A DNA stretch of 64,000 bases from IMG/VR virus record IMGVR_UViG_3300042451_001437; one strand, 5' to 3'. Each line of letters opens with the position of its first letter. Within the stretch, counting starts at the first letter, position 1. Shown piece after piece: positions 58,302-64,000 of this stretch. The translations under genes were made by a program, and so were the position numbers. The notes beneath the pieces are model-generated. The model was not told the DNA's origin. It did no database searches and was given only the letters and a program-made list of their open reading frames with translations. The stretch is from an uncultured virus (IMG/VR IMGVR_UViG_3300042451_001437) (taxonomy: Duplodnaviria; Heunggongvirae; Uroviricota; Caudoviricetes).

Positions 58302-59885
58302 ATGGGAGCATTATTAGAATCAGGAAAAGTTGGTAACGTAAGCTTAAATCACTTGAAAGCTGTACGTACTGACGTAATTAACAGATGGGACAGCTTAGGT
58401 CTTTTAGAAGGTCTTGCTGGTCACAGAAAAGAGAATATCGCACAATTATTTGAAAACCAAGCATCACACATGCTTAATGAATCAGTTGCTTTAGGTAACG
58501 AAGGTTCTTTCGAAACTGTGGTATTCCCAATCGTGAGAAGAGTATTCTCAAAATTATTAGCTAACGAAATCGTTTCGGTTCAAGCATTAAACTTACCTAT
58601 TGGTAAATTGTTCTACTTCATTCCGAAGTTAGAGAATTCATCATTTGCTTCGGGTGCAGCTGGTATCGACAAAACCCCTAACAGCACAATCAGCCCTAAC
58701 CTTTATGACGCTTTCTATGGCGAAAACGGTCTTTATGACAACTCAAAAGGTGCTGCTTCAACAATAACAGGTGCTACAACAACTGCTAACTTGTACCAAT
58801 TTAGCTCATCATCTTCTGATGGTTATGCTACTTTAGCTGGAACTAGTGCACCAACAGGCGCAACTTCAATCGTCAAGGTTGATTTCGCTCCATCTATCAC
58901 TAACTGGGATAATGCTGAAGAAGTTCTTTCAACATTGAATGTTACTTCAGTTACTTCTGGTGCTGATTTCGATTTCTATTTACCAGCTCAAAAATACGGT
59001 AAATCAATCATGGATTCTAACGGTGTTATCTATGTTGCAGTTGTTAACAACAGTGCTACAGTAGCATTACCTTTGACTGGTTTAACAGTAACGGCTAAAG
59101 AATACGCTTCATTAGAGTATGAAGATACAATGGGTGAAGTAAGCTTCGAACTTCAATCTGTAACAGTTTCTGTTATCGAAAGAAAGTTAAGAGCTCAATG
59201 GTCTCCAGAATTAGCTCAAGACGTATCAGCGTTCCATAACATTGATGCAGAAGCTGAATTAACAGCTTTATTGTCTGAGCAAGTTGCTGCTGAGATTGAC
59301 CGTGAAATCTTAAGAGACTTAAGAAGAGGTGCTGCTTGGAGAATGACTTGGGATTACTCAGGTTCAAGAGTTAACACTGGTGGTTTGAACGCTACAAACG
59401 GTTTCTATACTCAAAAAGATTGGAACCAAACTTTGATCACTGCGATCAACCAAGTTTCTGCACAAATCCACAAAGCTACTTTAAGAGGTGGTGCTAACTG
59501 GATCGTAGTTTCTGCTGAGGTTTCAGCTATCTTGGACGACTTAGAATACTTCCACGTATCTAACGCTGCTCCAGAGCAAGACAAATATAACATGGGTATT
59601 GAAAGAATCGGTTCATTGGGTGGAAGATACCAAGTTTACCGTGATCCTTACTTCCCAGCTGATACAATCTTGATGGGTCACAAAGGTACATCTTTGTTGG
59701 ATACAGGTTACATCTACGCACCATACGTGCCAATGCAATTAACTCCTACAATGTACAACCCATTCACCTTTGCACCAGTTAAGGGTATTATGACTCGTTA
59801 CGCTAAGAAAATGGTTAACAACCGTTTCTATGGTGTAATCAAGTGTAAAAATATCGTTAGCTTCGGTATCACTGGTTTAAGATAA
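58302..59885 (+). CDS. gp23: Major capsid protein (T4 gp23-like)
   Basis: FPIVRRVF..L.ANEIVSVQ, RKLRAQWSPELAQD..AFHNIDAEAEL, AEIDREI, YAPYVP, GIMTRYA. Confidence 0.97.
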   Translation: MGALLESGKVGNVSLNHLKAVRTDVINRWDSLGLLEGLAGHRKENIAQLFENQASHMLNESVALGNEGSFETVVFPIVRRVFSKLLANEIVSVQALNLPIGKLFYFIPKLENSSFASGAAGIDKTPNSTISPNLYDAFYGENGLYDNSKGAASTITGATTTANLYQFSSSSSDGYATLAGTSAPTGATSIVKVDFAPSITNWDNAEEVLSTLNVTSVTSGADFDFYLPAQKYGKSIMDSNGVIYVAVVNNSATVALPLTGLTVTAKEYASLEYEDTMGEVSFELQSVTVSVIERKLRAQWSPELAQDVSAFHNIDAEAELTALLSEQVAAEIDREILRDLRRGAAWRMTWDYSGSRVNTGGLNATNGFYTQKDWNQTLITAINQVSAQIHKATLRGGANWIVVSAEVSAILDDLEYFHVSNAAPEQDKYNMGIERIGSLGGRYQVYRDPYFPADTILMGHKGTSLLDTGYIYAPYVPMQLTPTMYNPFTFAPVKGIMTRYAKKMVNNRFYGVIKCKNIVSFGITGLR

Positions 59886-59907
59886 TCTTAGGGTTACATT
59901 AAAAATT

Positions 59908-59936
59908 AAAAGGGTGGATTTTTTCCACCCTTTTTT
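59908..59936 (+). terminator. Intrinsic terminator after major capsid gene
   Basis: AAAAGGGTGGA-tttt-TCCACCCTTTTTT. Confidence 0.85.
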
Positions 59937-59989
59937 GTTTATATTTGTTTCTATTATTACTATATTTGTATGGTTAATTAGAAATATTT

Positions 59990-62740
59990 ATGAAAAAATT
60001 ATTATACATCGCCCCACACCTTTCCACAGGCGGTTTACCACAGTACCTAACTAAAAAAATTGAATTACTTAGAGATTCATTTGACATTTATGTTGTTGAA
60101 TGGTCTAACCACACTGGTGGTGTGTTGGTTGTACAAAGAGATAAAATAACTTCAATGGTTGCGCCAGATAAATTTTTTACTCTGGAAGAAAATAAAATGC
60201 AATTGATTGATATTATTAATCATGTATCACCTGATATTGTACACTTAGAAGAAATCCCTGAATATTTCATGGATTTTGAAGTTGCAAAAGAAATCTACAA
60301 AAAAGATCGTAATTATGTTATTGTAGAAACTTCTCACGATTCATCATACGATGCCACACAAAAGAAATTTTTTCCAGACAAATTTATGTTTGTATCTGAT
60401 TGGCAAATTAAATTATTTGAATCGATTGATATACCAAAAGTTTTGGTTGAATATCCTATTGAATACAAACAAAGACCAAATAGAGAGGATGCTTTAAGAG
60501 ATTTAGGTTTAGACCCTAATAAAAAGCATATACTACACGTTGGTTTATTTACACCAAGAAAAAATCAAAAAGAATTTTTCGAATACGCAAAATCTTTACC
60601 AGAATATGTTTTCCATTCTGTTGGAAATCAAGCTGGGAACTTTGCGCACTACTGGGAACCTTTAATGAAGGATAAACCAGAAAATGTTGTTTGGCATGGT
60701 GAAAGAAAAGATGTTGATAGATTTTATCAGGCGATGGATCTATTCTTATTTACATCCAGGGGTACAGATAATGATAAGGAAACAATGCCTTTGGTTATTC
60801 GTGAGGCTATTTCCTGGAACTTACCAATTTTAATTTACAACCTTGGTGTTTATTTGAATTATTTTGATAAATTTGATAACATCAGTTATTTAGATTTTAC
60901 AGATTTTAATAAAAACTGCTCTTTGATAACAGAGGTTCTTGAAAATGGTTACCAAAGTAATCAAGCGTTAGATATTGATAGAAGTAACGAGGCTGTAATA
61001 ATCTCAACTTACCCAACGACAAAAAGCGTATTTGATACAACCGCTGAATGTATAATGGCTGCTAAAAAAACAGGTAGAAAGGTTATATTAACTTCTCACC
61101 TGCCAATTTCACCAGATTTACAAAATTTAGTTGACTATTGTATATACGATAAAAATAATATTTTAACAAAACACACATACTACTCTCAAAGTAGATACAG
61201 TGAAGCTGATTTCTTTGCGTTTGTTAATTTAAGAGGTGAAGGTAACGATGTTTATCACGGGCCCACTTGTTACACAAACTACTACAATGGCGCTGCATTG
61301 GCAAATGAATTGGGTATGGAAAAAGTTTATTTCCTTAACTATGATTATGTCCTTAAAAATGACGCTTATTTGGATAATGTTTCAAAAGTATTAAACACAA
61401 AATCAGCTTACTTTGGGGATATGCCAAATAATCAAGAGGGTCACTCAGTTACTACATTCTTTATGGGTATTAGACCTAGTTTTTATTTAAACACGGTTGA
61501 TCCAATATTTTGTGCGCAAGACTATGAAAATTTAAAAACTAAATGGGGTTCATTTAGCAATGGATATGAAAATATGATGTATTTTGCTTTTAAAGACAAA
61601 ATGAATCAAATTGAATTGGTTGGTGAGGAACAATTTAAAACCGAAGTTGCGACTAATTTCCACCATAGAGATTATTCTAGAGTAGAATATTTTACGGTGT
61701 TACCGACAAATATCCCTAATTCATTCACCGTTTATTTCCAAGTTTCAAATTCAATCGATAGTAGAATTGTTAACATAAAAATTAACAAAAACGGATCATT
61801 ATTAAAAGAAGAGCAAATTACTGTGACAGGTAGAGGTGCTTGGTACAATATGGTTGGTTATAATTTAGATGAGAACGCTGAATATACTATTGATTATCAA
61901 GCTTTTGATAAAGACACACAACAATTTATTGAAAGTAAGTTAATGAAAATTGACAACAATTATATACTAAACACATTACCTAATAATGGTATGTTTGAAT
62001 ATAAAGGTAATCTTAATAATGTTAATTTATTAACTAATGATGACCCTTCTAAACCTAAAATTAGAATAGTGCATTTAGTTACAGAACCAACAACTAACCC
62101 TAAAGAATTAAGGTCAGCTTTTTCTTTGAAAGATTTTGCCAAGACTTTTGATAATGTTGAATATTACGAAAAAGTTAATGAAATTTATAGGGAGTTACCA
62201 CCAGTTGATACGTGTAATAGACCACATGATGTTGCACCTGAACCAGGGTACTTCAAACTATCCCCAGGACACTATGGTTGTTTCTTAGCACATAAAAACG
62301 GTATTACTTTACCAGATAACAATCAGTATGATTTTATCTTAGTATTTGAGGGTGATGTTATTATTGATGCACCTTATCAAGAATTGTATGATAATTTAAT
62401 TAGGTGGTCACAATTAGCCAAAGAAGAAAATGTTGATATGGTTGGTTTTGGTAATTACTGTGCTGAAAGATATAGTGGTGAGCGTGAAGATTTAATGCTT
62501 AATTTAAGTATTTTTGCACCAGCGCAATCCTACTTGATTAATAGAGAAAAATTACCTACTTTTGTAGAAAAATTTGAAACTTGTAAATGGGATGCGTTTG
62601 ATTTGTGGATGACCAAGGTTGCTAAATTACACGGTGCAATGGCTAACAAGATCTATACTAAACATTTACCAGGTTATTCTATTGTAGATAGAAAGGATAA
62701 AAATAAAGATAACGACTACGCAGCAATTTTTACTAATTAA
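59990..62740 (+). CDS. Multidomain glycosyltransferase (GT4 + central domain + GT25-like)
   Basis: PHLSTGGLPQY, VGLFTPRKNQ, DLFLFTS...ETMPLVIREA; C-terminal GHYGCFLAH...ILVFEGDV. TATATTTG at 59961 upstream. Confidence 0.82.
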   Translation: MKKLLYIAPHLSTGGLPQYLTKKIELLRDSFDIYVVEWSNHTGGVLVVQRDKITSMVAPDKFFTLEENKMQLIDIINHVSPDIVHLEEIPEYFMDFEVAKEIYKKDRNYVIVETSHDSSYDATQKKFFPDKFMFVSDWQIKLFESIDIPKVLVEYPIEYKQRPNREDALRDLGLDPNKKHILHVGLFTPRKNQKEFFEYAKSLPEYVFHSVGNQAGNFAHYWEPLMKDKPENVVWHGERKDVDRFYQAMDLFLFTSRGTDNDKETMPLVIREAISWNLPILIYNLGVYLNYFDKFDNISYLDFTDFNKNCSLITEVLENGYQSNQALDIDRSNEAVIISTYPTTKSVFDTTAECIMAAKKTGRKVILTSHLPISPDLQNLVDYCIYDKNNILTKHTYYSQSRYSEADFFAFVNLRGEGNDVYHGPTCYTNYYNGAALANELGMEKVYFLNYDYVLKNDAYLDNVSKVLNTKSAYFGDMPNNQEGHSVTTFFMGIRPSFYLNTVDPIFCAQDYENLKTKWGSFSNGYENMMYFAFKDKMNQIELVGEEQFKTEVATNFHHRDYSRVEYFTVLPTNIPNSFTVYFQVSNSIDSRIVNIKINKNGSLLKEEQITVTGRGAWYNMVGYNLDENAEYTIDYQAFDKDTQQFIESKLMKIDNNYILNTLPNNGMFEYKGNLNNVNLLTNDDPSKPKIRIVHLVTEPTTNPKELRSAFSLKDFAKTFDNVEYYEKVNEIYRELPPVDTCNRPHDVAPEPGYFKLSPGHYGCFLAHKNGITLPDNNQYDFILVFEGDVIIDAPYQELYDNLIRWSQLAKEENVDMVGFGNYCAERYSGEREDLMLNLSIFAPAQSYLINREKLPTFVEKFETCKWDAFDLWMTKVAKLHGAMANKIYTKHLPGYSIVDRKDKNKDNDYAAIFTN

Positions 62741-63333
62741 TGTATTTACACGGCCACAAATTAAACACAAAACACCCAGATTTTAGTCTGGGGTGGTGTG
62801 AATCAGTCTTCAAAGAAATTTGGTTAGATCACGAATACTCAAGGTATGGTGTTGAAGTTGAAAAAGGTGATGTAGTTGTTGATTGTGGGGCTAATGTTGG
62901 TTTTTTCACCAACTACGCTTTAAATTATCGTAAAGCAAAACATGTCTATTCATTTGAATGTGATGAAACATATATTGAGTGTTTAAGAGAAAATACAAAT
63001 GAAAATGTTACCATAACACAAGCGTTTGTTTCTGATAGAGACGAAGAAGGTCATTATAACATTGAAAAAATGTTACATGATTTTGGTTTAACTCATATCG
63101 ATTTCATTAAAGTGGACATTGAGTGGTGGGAATACCCATTATTAATCAACATGTCAAATGAAACAATGAAAAGAGCAAACAAATGGGTTATTGAGTTGCA
63201 TAGTATATACGATAATTACGATAAAATATTAGATATAATTGAAAAATTTACATTAAATGGGTTTGATGTAAATTACGAACAAGTACATAAAGAAACAAAC
63301 CTAGCATTATTATACGCAAAAAAAAGAATATGA
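62740..63333 (+). CDS. FkbM-family SAM methyltransferase
   Basis: VVVDCGANVGFF, VYSFEC, IDFIKVDIE..E, IELH. Confidence 0.85.
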   Translation: MYLHGHKLNTKHPDFSLGWCESVFKEIWLDHEYSRYGVEVEKGDVVVDCGANVGFFTNYALNYRKAKHVYSFECDETYIECLRENTNENVTITQAFVSDRDEEGHYNIEKMLHDFGLTHIDFIKVDIEWWEYPLLINMSNETMKRANKWVIELHSIYDNYDKILDIIEKFTLNGFDVNYEQVHKETNLALLYAKKRI

Positions 63334-64000
63334 AAATTTGTCAAGTACACCCAGGATGCGGAATTCCAGTACCACCACCTAATTGGGGTGCTGTTGAAAA
63401 AATAGTATGGGAATTTACCCAGAATTTAAGATTATTAGGACATGAAGTTGACATTAAATATGCCAATGAGATTAAACCAGGTGAATACGATGTTGTTCAC
63501 GTGCACATGGCCAATTTATGTCATTTTTTACAGGATAGAGATATACCATACATTTATCAATTACATGATCACCATGCGTATTACTACGGTAAAGGGTCAT
63601 ATGTTTTTAACCAAAATAACAGAGCTATTCTCGAATCACAGGTTTCTTTGATGCCTGGTAAATTCTTGGTACCTTATTTTGACACCGAAAAAGCTATTTA
63701 TTTTTCACATGGTGTTAACACCGATTTTTATCACCCTTCAGATGTCAGACCAAAAGAGCATAAATTACTATGTTTAGCCAATAACGGATTAGCTGGTATG
63801 GATGGGTATGATAGAAAAGGTTTTGGTTTCGCTATCCAAGCAGCAATGGCGAGAAATCTACCAATAACAATTGCTGGCCCAAGAAATAACCAAAATTTCT
63901 TTAATGAGAATCCATGGGTTAACGGATACGCAAAATTATCTATCGAATGGGAACCAAATCAAGATGAATTGGTTAACTTATATCACAGGCACACAATCTT
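63330..64000 (+). CDS. GT4 glycosyltransferase (3' truncated; not in ORF track)
   Basis: ATG 63330: MKICQVHPGCGIPVPPPNWGAVEKIVWE...DVVHVH...HGVNTDFY...DRKGF...IAGP; open to the window end. Confidence 0.82.
   Translation, partial: MKICQVHPGCGIPVPPPNWGAVEKIVWEFTQNLRLLGHEVDIKYANEIKPGEYDVVHVHMANLCHFLQDRDIPYIYQLHDHHAYYYGKGSYVFNQNNRAILESQVSLMPGKFLVPYFDTEKAIYFSHGVNTDFYHPSDVRPKEHKLLCLANNGLAGMDGYDRKGFGFAIQAAMARNLPITIAGPRNNQNFFNENPWVNGYAKLSIEWEPNQDELVNLYHRHTI

Noticed and set aside
63442..63651. 69-aa ORF in the track
   Set aside because: Out-of-frame overlap with the real GT4 gene starting at 63330.
1..64000. Stop-codon reassignment, tRNA or rRNA genes
   Set aside because: Core genes are full length in the standard code, coding density is high, and no cloverleaf or rRNA-like sequence was recognised in the short intergenic gaps.

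Overview
A 64 kb, AT-rich, gene-dense segment of a large T4-like myovirus (jumbo-type phage). The host is probably a Bacteroidetes, judging by TTG-N19/20-TAnnTTTG promoters, A-rich leaders with no Shine-Dalgarno, and a DUF4494-like gene. The minus-strand left arm is the tail module: neck/terminator, a 1021-aa sheath, tube, a chaperone pair with a likely programmed frameshift, two tandem paralogous tape-measure-like genes, and an ORF of over 1335 codons, missed by the ORF track, that carries ten novel 60-aa repeats. The plus-strand right arm carries an SNF2 helicase, family-B DNA polymerase, a WYL protein, a large glycan-synthesis cluster (heptose kinase, KdsC-like phosphatase, about 9 glycosyltransferase-like genes, FkbM methylase), dUTPase, PhoH, a gp55-like sigma factor, the spike, and the head module (terminase, portal, protease, scaffold, major capsid). 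The top candidate for a new system is a roughly 125-aa DarG/TARG1-type macrodomain-like module inserted in-frame into the polymerase proofreading domain, a possible built-in eraser of DNA ADP-ribosylation (anti-DarTG). All family calls come from motif recognition by eye; no searches were run.
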